Below the pieces are notes generated by a model that made no database searches, was not told the DNA's origin, and saw only the letters and a program-made list of their open reading frames with translations. Shown piece after piece: positions 42,748-51,490 of a stretch of 52,821 nucleotides of DNA (positions are counted from its first letter, which is position 1; every line of letters starts with the position of its first letter). Both the position numbers and the translations under genes were made by a program. The stretch comes from an uncultured Candidatus Marinamargulisbacteria bacterium (GTDB lineage Bacteria; Margulisbacteria; Marinamargulisbacteria; UBA817; CACECR01): positions 1 through 52,821 of the forward strand of contig CACECR010000003.1 in the NCBI GenBank assembly GCA_902558105.1, written 5' to 3'.

Positions 42748-43857
42748 TTATCCTTTACCTGGACGTGAAGGACTGCTGCCTGCAAGACTAACACACTCAG
42801 AAGCCTCGTCCCACTCATCCCATCTTTGAGTTGAGTAAATTTGAGGTTGAAGCTTATCTATAATGATGGTAATTATAGTTGATAATGAGGAATTTTTATT
42901 GACTATGGAAAATGCCATATAGGCTGTCAACGTTTCTATTATGTCACTAAACTCTGGAGTCTTTAGATCTGCCGAACCACCTAATGCCTTACCTTCATCC
43001 TCGGCAGCTCCTATTTCTAAATACCCATAAGTTGAATTTGAAGACGAAAGAGCTTCTGGACTTAACCATTCTTTCAAATTAGTAAAATATACTTCAAGCT
43101 CATTAATTTCACATAATTGTTGTGGCGTTTTTAAATGACTTTTACTATCACCAGAATTAAGATCAGCTAATATGTCGAAAAATTTATCAATTAAAATTTC
43201 GTAGCTATCACCTTTTGAAGGCATTGAACCATCAGGTGAAAAGTCAGGTTCAGTAAAAAAACCATGTCTATAACTAGTGTCAAAAGAACGATCAACTGAA
43301 AAATCAGGATAAAATAACTCCAACCCGTATTTTACACAAAGTAGATTAAAGTAAGCGCTTACATATCGCTGATTTAAATTCCAATGCATAAACATTTTTT
43401 GAAATTCAGTAAAAACATCTTTGGGTTTTGTAAGATGAAATTGTTTCAACAGAGGTGTTGTTGTCCCATTTTTAAATTCATTCAATAGTGTTTTAATAGT
43501 TAGATCTGCACGTACAAATTCAGAGGGATTCCCAGTTTTATGTTGGATAGTGCCCCATTGATCGTTAGGACTTAAATCAATAATAATTTGATGTTTAACA
43601 CGTTCTAAATATAAATCAATATTACATGAATTTGATGTAGGTAATGATATGTCACCTACACCTAGACGTGTAAACTTTGAGCGCCCAGACCGGACTGTAG
43701 CATTTTTTTTATAGGCAGTCACAATTTGATCACAACGATCTAATAAAACATCACCAGGTATAACCAAAAAATCAAAAACTGTTTTAATAGAACCTTCTTC
43801 TGGGTCATCTTTTTTTAAAAAAAGGCCACACGACACAATTTTATATTGAATTAACAT
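42748..43857 (-). CDS. Hypothetical orphan protein, 369 aa
   Basis: Long ORF, own TGcTATAAT promoter-like element upstream; no family recognised. Confidence 0.8.
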   Translation of the reverse strand: MLIQYKIVSCGLFLKKDDPEEGSIKTVFDFLVIPGDVLLDRCDQIVTAYKKNATVRSGRSKFTRLGVGDISLPTSNSCNIDLYLERVKHQIIIDLSPNDQWGTIQHKTGNPSEFVRADLTIKTLLNEFKNGTTTPLLKQFHLTKPKDVFTEFQKMFMHWNLNQRYVSAYFNLLCVKYGLELFYPDFSVDRSFDTSYRHGFFTEPDFSPDGSMPSKGDSYEILIDKFFDILADLNSGDSKSHLKTPQQLCEINELEVYFTNLKEWLSPEALSSSNSTYGYLEIGAAEDEGKALGGSADLKTPEFSDIIETLTAYMAFSIVNKNSSLSTIITIIIDKLQPQIYSTQRWDEWDEASECVSLAGSSPSRPGKG

Positions 43858-43969
43858 TGTACATACCTAAGTTTGAAATTTTATAAAATTATAGCAAAGA
43901 TTTTCAAAATTACAATACAAAAAAGACTTAAGATTTTAATATTGCATAAAAGTTAAACTCTGATATTTA

Positions 43970-44590
43970 TTATTCTGATTTTTTGAAAGAGCCAGAAACT
44001 TCTGAAAACATGTTCAAAAGTTCAATCAATATCAAAGATGTTCCCATCACTGAAATATTTAATGTCTCTTCATCAAAACGAATAGAAACGGGCATTTCTT
44101 TAGAAAAAGGCTCATTTAAACCACAAGCTGTACTAGGGTTAGAAAGCTGGCGAAAATAATGCCACTGATATAGCTCTAGAGTACTGTGATGACCCTTATC
44201 AAGACAACATAGTTGGAGGCACCAGAGGCCAATCAACCTAAAAAATATTATTATATAATTCCCACCGTCCTTTAATTAAACAATGAAACGCATGATTAAG
44301 ACAACAATCCATACTTTCTTTGAGATTTGCACGAAAAAGATTGAAATTCTCAACCAAGACCTCTCGTACATTATCTATAAAAAACTATCTTCACCAAACA
44401 ATTGAACAGAGTCTTCATAGGTGCCAACTAAAACAAGTTTCAAATTGTTTTATGCCATACACAAATAATAATTTAAGATCATAGACATTAAAGGTTTGAT
44501 AATCAACACTTCGCACTAATTCTTAAATATGCCGAATTAACAAACTCGTATTAGAATTAAAAAAACTTGAGACTTATGAAACAATAACTA
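43970..44590 (-). pseudogene. Probable degraded orphan gene
   Basis: Protein-like fragments in shifting frames (ELVRSVDYQTFNVYDLK; LKLVLVGTYEDSVQLFGED; FIDNVREVLVENFNLFRANLKE; then the 88-aa track ORF) broken by stops and frameshifts. Confidence 0.45.
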
Positions 44591-44596
44591 AAAACA

Positions 44597-44646
44597 AATT
44601 GTTTTAAGATTTTTTGAAATTAATTGTTTTAAGATTTTTTGAAATT
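44597..44646. repeat. Perfect 25-bp tandem duplication
   Basis: AATTGTTTTAAGATTTTTTGAAATT at 44597-44621 and 44622-44646. Confidence 0.95.
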
Positions 44647-44673
44647 AATTATATTTAAAAAAACAACAAGAAT

Positions 44674-45414
44674 TTATACATGCTTTAAAATAATTAACGC
44701 ACGCTGAGTAGATTTCTGCTTATTTTTTATTGGAAAAACCTTGAACAAATACGATTCTTCATCCGACATCACGGCTTCCAAAGACGCCGTTTTGATCCCC
44801 TTATCCAAACACTCATCTATCGCATCTAAAACATCCGATTGGCTAATAAATCTAGAGACTGCCTGCCCCAACACCTCTCCAGGTACAAATCGGAGCATCG
44901 TTTCAGCATGATGATTAATATGAGTAATCAAACGATCAACACTCACTAATATAACCCCCTCATCAATACTATTCATAAGCTGCTTAACCGTCGTTACCTC
45001 CATCGACAAACGTGACGATTTCATCCCATCATACTCACGATACAAATCAAATAACTTAGTAGCGTTACGAGCAATGGACCCAAACACATCCTGAGCCTGA
45101 AATTCATCAAAGTTCACCTTCATCCGTTTTTTAATGACGGAATTTAACAACTGATCGTTAAAGTATTCTAATTGATATTTTATGTCCCAATAAAATCCAA
45201 CCCATATCCCCATAATAAGAAAGAGGCCGACAGCAATATGCTTTAACATTACATGAAGGTATTGTTGCTTAAATAAGATCTCATTTTCAATAGCAAAAAC
45301 TTCAAAACACGCTGATTTAAATGATAATAAAATACCAACAAAGCTAAATACCGATAAAAAGATAACCGCTAATAATTTGTAATAAAATGGAATACGATTT
45401 AAAAATGACCTCAT
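44674..45414 (-). CDS. Two-TM membrane protein with PAS domain and no output domain
   Basis: Two TM, HAMP-like linker, MNSIDEGVILV...ITHINHHAE.ML...EVLG PAS pattern. Confidence 0.8.
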   Translation of the reverse strand: MRSFLNRIPFYYKLLAVIFLSVFSFVGILLSFKSACFEVFAIENEILFKQQYLHVMLKHIAVGLFLIMGIWVGFYWDIKYQLEYFNDQLLNSVIKKRMKVNFDEFQAQDVFGSIARNATKLFDLYREYDGMKSSRLSMEVTTVKQLMNSIDEGVILVSVDRLITHINHHAETMLRFVPGEVLGQAVSRFISQSDVLDAIDECLDKGIKTASLEAVMSDEESYLFKVFPIKNKQKSTQRALIILKHV

Positions 45415-46106
45415 AAATGATAAACCTTTACAAATTTATTGATACTATCATCAGTACCCACTACCACCAATACATCCGACTCTTCTAAAGGATACTCAGG
45501 ATCTGGAACATCTGTCATACGACTAATATATTGAATATCACCGTCATCATCTACTTCTGGTAAAAACTGTTTAATTCCAACAATATTAATACGATGCTTA
45601 GACCTCAAATCAAGCTCTTTTAAAGATCTTCCAACCAAATCTGTAGGAACGTTTAATTCCATTAACACGTGCTTTTCACTAATCTGAACAAAACGACCCG
45701 TCTTACCTAAGGTTAAACTGGAAGAAAGCTGTTTCCCCATCTCTTCCTCAATATTAATCATATGTTTAATACCCATAGAATCTAAAATGTTTTGTTGAAG
45801 CGTACTAATAGCTCTTACATGAATTTCCTCAATGCTCATCTTTTGTAACAAAGCGGTTGTTAATAAGCTAGATTGAATATTTGACCCAATCGCCACCACC
45901 GCAATATCCACCGTATCGACTTGAACGGCACGCATTGCTTTCTCATCAGTTGAATCTAATACAATCGCTTGATCAATAAGATCTTTCAGGTCATCTACGA
46001 TATCTTCATCCTCATCGATACCGATCACATCAAAGCCCTTTTGACTAAGTGTAACCGCAATTTTTGAGCCGAAGCGACCTAATCCTATAACTGCAACATT
46101 TTTCAT
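45411..46106 (-). CDS. ktrA: Ktr/Trk potassium uptake regulatory (RCK) subunit
   Basis: VIGLGRFG Rossmann motif, TrkA_C domain. Confidence 0.92.
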   Translation of the reverse strand: MKNVAVIGLGRFGSKIAVTLSQKGFDVIGIDEDEDIVDDLKDLIDQAIVLDSTDEKAMRAVQVDTVDIAVVAIGSNIQSSLLTTALLQKMSIEEIHVRAISTLQQNILDSMGIKHMINIEEEMGKQLSSSLTLGKTGRFVQISEKHVLMELNVPTDLVGRSLKELDLRSKHRINIVGIKQFLPEVDDDGDIQYISRMTDVPDPEYPLEESDVLVVVGTDDSINKFVKVYHL

Positions 46107-46110
46107 AGTA

Positions 46111-47790
46111 TTATCCTAACAAAATCCTTTCTTCTGGAAAACTATAATTCGATTTAACTCGACGCTTCGCTAAAATCATTCCAATCGTTAATGGACCCAA
46201 TCGACCAACTAGCATTACGACTATCATCGATACTTTTCCAGCCGTACTTAAGCCCGGAGTAATACCTAAGGACAATCCAGTGGTTCCAAATGCCGAGACC
46301 GTCTCAAACAACAAAGGTACAAACGAAAAAACTTCGGTTAATAACAACGAAAACAACACTGTAATTATCAAAATAGAGGATATAAAAAAAATATTTAACG
46401 CACGATACACATTCAACGACGATAAGGTTCGTCCAAATAATTCTACTTTAGTTTCGCCACGTATCACACTAAACAATGCCGCATGGATAATTCCAAATGT
46501 AGTTGTTTTAATCCCACCACCTGTAGAACCGGGAGATGAACCGATAAACATTAACAAGGTAATGACTAATAAACTCGCCACTGAAAACCCAGCCATATCT
46601 ACCGCATTAAACCCAGCAGACCGAGCTGATACCGAATGAAAAAACGCAAGCACCAGTTGATTCATAAACGAAAACCCACTTAATGCCAAATCCCGCTCAA
46701 CAAAATATAAAACAACGGTTCCTATAATTAACAAAACAAACGTCATTAATAACGGTAATTTTGTTTGAACTTTAAGTCGTTCACGTTTCTTTGAGAAAAA
46801 ATGTTGCCGTAGATTAAAAATAACTGGGAATCCAATACCACCAATCACAATCAATACCGAAAACACCAATAGTATATCTAATCTCTGTGAAAAACTCACT
46901 AAACTATCCGTAAATAATGAAAACCCCGCATTACAAAAAGCCGAAATAGCATGAAAGACAGAATGAATCACCGCTTGAGAAAACGTTTGAAACTGATCTT
47001 TCCAAAGAAAAAACAACGTAATAGCACCAAGTAACTCCACCCAAAACGTATAAAGAAAAATAGACTTAATTAAAGCAAAGGTTTCTCCCACACCTTCGGT
47101 AGCCAAGGCTTCTTGATACTCAATAGATTGAGTTCGTGACACTTTAGATCGGATCACCAGCATCATCAAGGCATAAAATGTCATAATACCCAAACCACCT
47201 AATTGAATTAAAACCAAAATCACACTCAATCCAAATCCAGAAAAATATTCTCCAACATCATGCAATACTAAACCCGTAACACATAATGCTGACGTAGCCG
47301 TAAATAAAGCATCTACAAAGGAAATAGGCGTCATAACGGTTCGAGAAACCGGTAACGAAAGCAACAAAGCACCAATAAAAATAAATATCACAAACCCTAA
47401 CACAAATAACTGTGCGGGTTGAACACGTAATAAGTTGATCGCTCTCACCAAATCAGAAAAACGAACCAAAACAACTAAGCCAAAAATAAATTGAACCAAA
47501 CCATAAAGTTCGGACATCTCTAAATCTAACACCACCAAAGACAACAGCGGAATAGCTACTAAAGAGTTGATCAAAGTCGACAAAAACGACATCGAAAAAG
47601 AGGCTTTAAATATGAAACGCAGCACAATATCGATTAAAAAGTATATTAATAACCCAAAATGTAACTGATAAAACAAAACACGATTTTCAAAACTCGTATA
47701 AAATACCAATTCAACAGCCAGTAAAACAATGGTGCTTAAAGTGGCTATTGATGAAAGGTAGGTCATTATAAAATTAAATAAACGACTCAT
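46111..47790 (-). CDS. ktrB: Ktr/TrkH potassium uptake membrane subunit with N-terminal 4-TM extension
   Basis: Four pore loops: SALCVTGL, SAFCNAGF, SARSAGF, SAFGTTGLS; PGSTGGGIK. Confidence 0.93.
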   Translation of the reverse strand: MSRLFNFIMTYLSSIATLSTIVLLAVELVFYTSFENRVLFYQLHFGLLIYFLIDIVLRFIFKASFSMSFLSTLINSLVAIPLLSLVVLDLEMSELYGLVQFIFGLVVLVRFSDLVRAINLLRVQPAQLFVLGFVIFIFIGALLLSLPVSRTVMTPISFVDALFTATSALCVTGLVLHDVGEYFSGFGLSVILVLIQLGGLGIMTFYALMMLVIRSKVSRTQSIEYQEALATEGVGETFALIKSIFLYTFWVELLGAITLFFLWKDQFQTFSQAVIHSVFHAISAFCNAGFSLFTDSLVSFSQRLDILLVFSVLIVIGGIGFPVIFNLRQHFFSKKRERLKVQTKLPLLMTFVLLIIGTVVLYFVERDLALSGFSFMNQLVLAFFHSVSARSAGFNAVDMAGFSVASLLVITLLMFIGSSPGSTGGGIKTTTFGIIHAALFSVIRGETKVELFGRTLSSLNVYRALNIFFISSILIITVLFSLLLTEVFSFVPLLFETVSAFGTTGLSLGITPGLSTAGKVSMIVVMLVGRLGPLTIGMILAKRRVKSNYSFPEERILLG

Positions 47791-47798
47791 TCAAACTC

Positions 47799-49052
47799 CT
47801 AACGAATCTGAGCTCCTAACTCGATTAGTTTATCGGTAAAACCTTCATAGCCCCGCTCTAAATGAAATAAATCGTAAATATACGTGTCACCAACAGCCGC
47901 TAATCCCGCTAATATGAGAGCCGCACCAGCACGTAAATCGGTCATTTTAACCTCCGCACCAGTTAACTGAGAAACACCAGTAATAATGGCACACTGAGAA
48001 TCCACTTGAATATTAGCTCCCATTCGCATCAATTCATTGGCATGCATGAAACGATTTTCAAAAATGGTCTCCTTAATCATACTCACACCATCCACTAACA
48101 CTAAAAGTGCCATCATTTGTGCCTGCATATCGGTCGGAAAACCAGGATATGGCATTGTTTCAATCGAAACGGAACGATAGGGTTCTTTATAAAAGACACG
48201 AACACTATTTTCGGCATGCTCAACACCTAAGCCCATTTCTGTATATTTTTGTATACAAGCTTCTAAGGGTTCTTTGGAAATACCCTCAACTGTGACATCA
48301 CCTTGAGTAATGGCCCCTGCCATTAAAAAAGTACCTGCTTCGATTCGATCGGGCATCACCGCATAGTCAGCGCCTTTCAGTTCAGGAACTCCTTGAATCG
48401 TAATCGTCGATGATCCAAGACCTGTAATAACCGCACCTGCTTGAATTAAAAATTCGGCAAGATCAACAATCTCTGGCTCCCTAGCCGCATTCGAAATCAC
48501 CGTTTCACCATCACTTAACGCAGCGGCCATCATCACATTTTCAGTAGCTCCAACAGAGGGAAAATCCAAACAAATGGAAGCCCCTTTCAAGGAACTGGCT
48601 TTCATATCTACAAATCCATGTTCAATAGAAACATCAACACCTAACGCTTTAAATCCTTTTAAATGAAGATCTAACGGACGAGCGCCAATAGCACAACCAC
48701 CAGGTAAAGGAACCTTCGCATGTAAGGTTTGAGCCAACAACGGCCCGGCAACAAAAAACGACGCACGCATCGAGGTGACCAGTTCGTAAGGAGCAATATG
48801 TTTAATTGAACCTGAATTAGAAATACGAACCGACCCAGAAGATAAATATTCCGCATGAACCCCTAAGGCCTTTAACATCCGAACCATGATTCGTATATCG
48901 GCTAAATTGGGGACATTATGAACAATATAATCACCTTGAACCATCAAACAAGCCGCTAAAATGGGCAAGGCCGCATTTTTTGCACCAGAACAGCGAACAG
49001 TTCCATGTAATGACTGTCCTCCATTAATAATCAACCGAGAATTATGAGACAT
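47799..49052 (-). CDS. murA: UDP-N-acetylglucosamine 1-carboxyvinyltransferase
   Basis: GAKNAALP, LPGGCAIG.RP (active Cys), PGFPTDMQ, DLRAG; likely start MSHNS at 49052. Confidence 0.98.
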   Translation of the reverse strand: MSHNSRLIINGGQSLHGTVRCSGAKNAALPILAACLMVQGDYIVHNVPNLADIRIMVRMLKALGVHAEYLSSGSVRISNSGSIKHIAPYELVTSMRASFFVAGPLLAQTLHAKVPLPGGCAIGARPLDLHLKGFKALGVDVSIEHGFVDMKASSLKGASICLDFPSVGATENVMMAAALSDGETVISNAAREPEIVDLAEFLIQAGAVITGLGSSTITIQGVPELKGADYAVMPDRIEAGTFLMAGAITQGDVTVEGISKEPLEACIQKYTEMGLGVEHAENSVRVFYKEPYRSVSIETMPYPGFPTDMQAQMMALLVLVDGVSMIKETIFENRFMHANELMRMGANIQVDSQCAIITGVSQLTGAEVKMTDLRAGAALILAGLAAVGDTYIYDLFHLERGYEGFTDKLIELGAQIR

Positions 49053-49590
49053 AATCAAGCACCTCATCTACCGCTGTTTGAAGTTCTGAAAGTCCGTCAT
49101 TATTAAGAACGGTAAACTCACATAAGGATAAGCACTCATTTAAGGTTTGACCAAAACTAGACCCATCGGACTCTCGTTCATCTTGACGTATAAACGTCTC
49201 AAAATCCACAAAATCGGACTCTCGTTGACGTTTTGAAATTCGTTGGTATCGTTGCTCCAAGGAACAATCAATCGCCACTAAGCGAACACCAGATGAAAGT
49301 AAAAAACGACATTCATCCTTATGACGAATACTATCAAAAACAACATGGGTAATTCCTTGATCTTTAGCTTTTTGAAATACAAATTTTGCAAAGTAATCGG
49401 TACCGTATTGTTGTTTTAGTTCATTGGCTAACAAGGTAAGTTGATCCCGATCGTGAGCTAAACCACGTTCAGTGGCTACATCACGGATACAATCCGATAA
49501 AGAATAAACAGAAAAGCCTTTGTCTGCCAAAAGTTGACACACGGTTGATTTACCTGATCCATTTTTTCCAACTAATCCAATAGTAACCAT
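49042..49590 (-). CDS. P-loop nucleoside-monophosphate/dephospho-CoA kinase-like protein
   Basis: GLVGKNGSGKST Walker A, DSIR, R..R..D lid, terminal N.G motif. Confidence 0.8.
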   Translation of the reverse strand: MVTIGLVGKNGSGKSTVCQLLADKGFSVYSLSDCIRDVATERGLAHDRDQLTLLANELKQQYGTDYFAKFVFQKAKDQGITHVVFDSIRHKDECRFLLSSGVRLVAIDCSLEQRYQRISKRQRESDFVDFETFIRQDERESDGSSFGQTLNECLSLCEFTVLNNDGLSELQTAVDEVLDYVS

Positions 49591-49682
49591 AACTGTTTAA
49601 GCCTTCTGTAATATCGCCTAGTATATCATAGGGAAAGCTATTGAGATACCATTTAAAATAAAGGCTGTGCTACACTAAAGTT

Positions 49683-50168
49683 ATGATTATACTAGGAATC
49701 GATCCAGGAATTGCGATTACGGGCTTAGGTGTCATTCATGTGAATGGAAATAAATTAACCCCACTTTATTATGGTGCTGTGGAAACCAAAAGTACCGATG
49801 AAACACCCAGACGTCTCAATATCATGCATAAAACACTAACGGCAGTGTTTAAAAAATTCAAACCACAACATGTGGCCATTGAATCGTTATTTTTTAATAA
49901 AAATGTAAAAACAGCGTTAACGGTTGGTCATGCAAGGGGTGTAATATTACTTTCGGCGGAAGAAGCGGGATGCCCCATTTATCATTATACACCTCCCGAA
50001 ATTAAGTTGGCTGTGTGTGGAGATGGACGAGCAGATAAGAAACAAGTACAACACATGGTGAAAGCGTTGTTAAAGTTAGATGCCGTGCCCAAACCCGACG
50101 ATGTGGCCGACGGCTTAGCCATCGCGATTTGCCACAGCCATTCGTATCGGTTAAAATCGTTATCATGA
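49683..50168 (+). CDS. ruvC: Holliday junction resolvase RuvC
   Basis: ILGIDPG, AIE.LFF, G.ARG, DDVADGLAIAICH. Confidence 0.98.
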   Translation: MIILGIDPGIAITGLGVIHVNGNKLTPLYYGAVETKSTDETPRRLNIMHKTLTAVFKKFKPQHVAIESLFFNKNVKTALTVGHARGVILLSAEEAGCPIYHYTPPEIKLAVCGDGRADKKQVQHMVKALLKLDAVPKPDDVADGLAIAICHSHSYRLKSLS

Positions 50169-50767
50169 TCGCTCAATTAACCGGAACCATTCTTTCAAAA
50201 TATAATGACAATCTGATCTTAGATGTTCAGGGTGTGGGCTACCAAATCTTTGTGCCCACCACAATCTTACATGATTTAAACACAAATGAAACAACTACTA
50301 TTTACACGTATCACCACATCCGAGAAGATAATCAGCAATTATTTGGGTTCCAAACGATTGAAGACAAAGATTTTTTCATATTAGTGACCTCAGTATCTGG
50401 TGTTGGTCCCAAAGTTGGATTAAAAATTCTATCTACGCTTACCCCTTCTCAATTTGGAAACGCAATTTTACAGGATAATTTACCTACCTTAACGTCGGTA
50501 TCTGGCGTTGGTAAAAAAATGGCTGAACGTTTAGTGGTTGAATTGAAAGACAAAGTTCCAGCACATTTAGTAAGCGATAGTAATGCAGCTGACACTATGA
50601 TTATCACACCAAAAGTTGAGCAAGAAAAAGACGACCTGATTATGGCACTCAAGAGCTTAGGTTACAGCGCCGATGAAGTTAAAAAAGCTTATCATCGTGC
50701 GGCACTTGAACTGACAGAAGAACTCAGTTTAGAACAAAGCATGAAGGTCCTTCTTAAGCACCTTTAA
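50165..50767 (+). CDS. ruvA: Holliday junction branch migration protein RuvA
   Basis: MIAQLTG, VQGVGY, LFGF, VSGVGPK, GVGKK.AER; ATGA overlap with ruvC. Confidence 0.97.
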   Translation: MIAQLTGTILSKYNDNLILDVQGVGYQIFVPTTILHDLNTNETTTIYTYHHIREDNQQLFGFQTIEDKDFFILVTSVSGVGPKVGLKILSTLTPSQFGNAILQDNLPTLTSVSGVGKKMAERLVVELKDKVPAHLVSDSNAADTMIITPKVEQEKDDLIMALKSLGYSADEVKKAYHRAALELTEELSLEQSMKVLLKHL

Positions 50768-51387
50768 GCGAAGGACTCTCGCCCCCCTGATGATTTCATC
50801 TGCCACACAGCCTCTGCAATGCTAACACATCGTGATGATTGAATAGCGCCTACGTACTCTGTATATTTATCAAAAGAGTCTGTTAAAAGAATCAGTTGAA
50901 TAAATGCAATCTCTCGAGATAAACCTTGCAATTTATACGCATAGCGTTCGGCACTATCTTCGAATTGAACAGAATACCATTCATAAAATTCACGACGATA
51001 CACGTCTTGCAATAACTGTTTGGCATCCAATTGATACGATCCGTGTAATTTTTCTACATAACGTTCAGCCAACGATAACGAGCCCTTATACAAACAACAT
51101 TTAAAATCGTCAAAATACGCCGCATTAAGCAACTGAATCGCCTGCTCTTTTAAAGCTCCTTCAAGTTGAGACAAATAAAACTCTGGCATGAGTCGTCCCT
51201 GTTCTAAACTCTCTAGAAATTCATTATAATAAGCCTGATTCACCATAGCAAAAGCAGATTCTTGAGATTCTCGCAAATGATAGGTCGCAAACATTTCGGC
51301 GTCAATCAAACTTTGATTCAACTTTAAGCTAAATAGTAAGAATCTTAAGCCATCCTCGTTAAATTGAAAAGAAAGAATTTTATACAT
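50764..51387 (-). CDS. Hypothetical protein with ~39-aa helical repeats
   Basis: Repeats of AE.Y..KL.G.....A..LL...Y...F; start either 51411 or 51387 (MYKILS). Confidence 0.7.
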   Translation of the reverse strand: MYKILSFQFNEDGLRFLLFSLKLNQSLIDAEMFATYHLRESQESAFAMVNQAYYNEFLESLEQGRLMPEFYLSQLEGALKEQAIQLLNAAYFDDFKCCLYKGSLSLAERYVEKLHGSYQLDAKQLLQDVYRREFYEWYSVQFEDSAERYAYKLQGLSREIAFIQLILLTDSFDKYTEYVGAIQSSRCVSIAEAVWQMKSSGGRESFA

Positions 51388-51433
51388 ATTAAAATTATTA
51401 AAATATATCATAAAAAAATAAAATAAAAAATAT

Positions 51434-51462
51434 GAAACTTTTGAACCTGTTTAAATGTCTAA
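51434..51462 (+). promoter_or_regulatory. ECF sigma-type promoter candidate
   Basis: GAAACTT-N16-GTCTAA, resembling the RpoE/AlgU GAACTT..TCTNA consensus. Confidence 0.4.
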
Positions 51463-51490
51463 TAAGTAAATAACAAAACAGGGACTTGTC

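Noticed and set aside
44283-44405. 40-aa plus-strand ORF MKRMIKTT...
   Set aside because: No SD, short, and antisense to the probable pseudogene fragments.
44597-44646. 25-bp repeat as a CRISPR array
   Set aside because: Two copies directly adjacent with no spacer and no cas genes.
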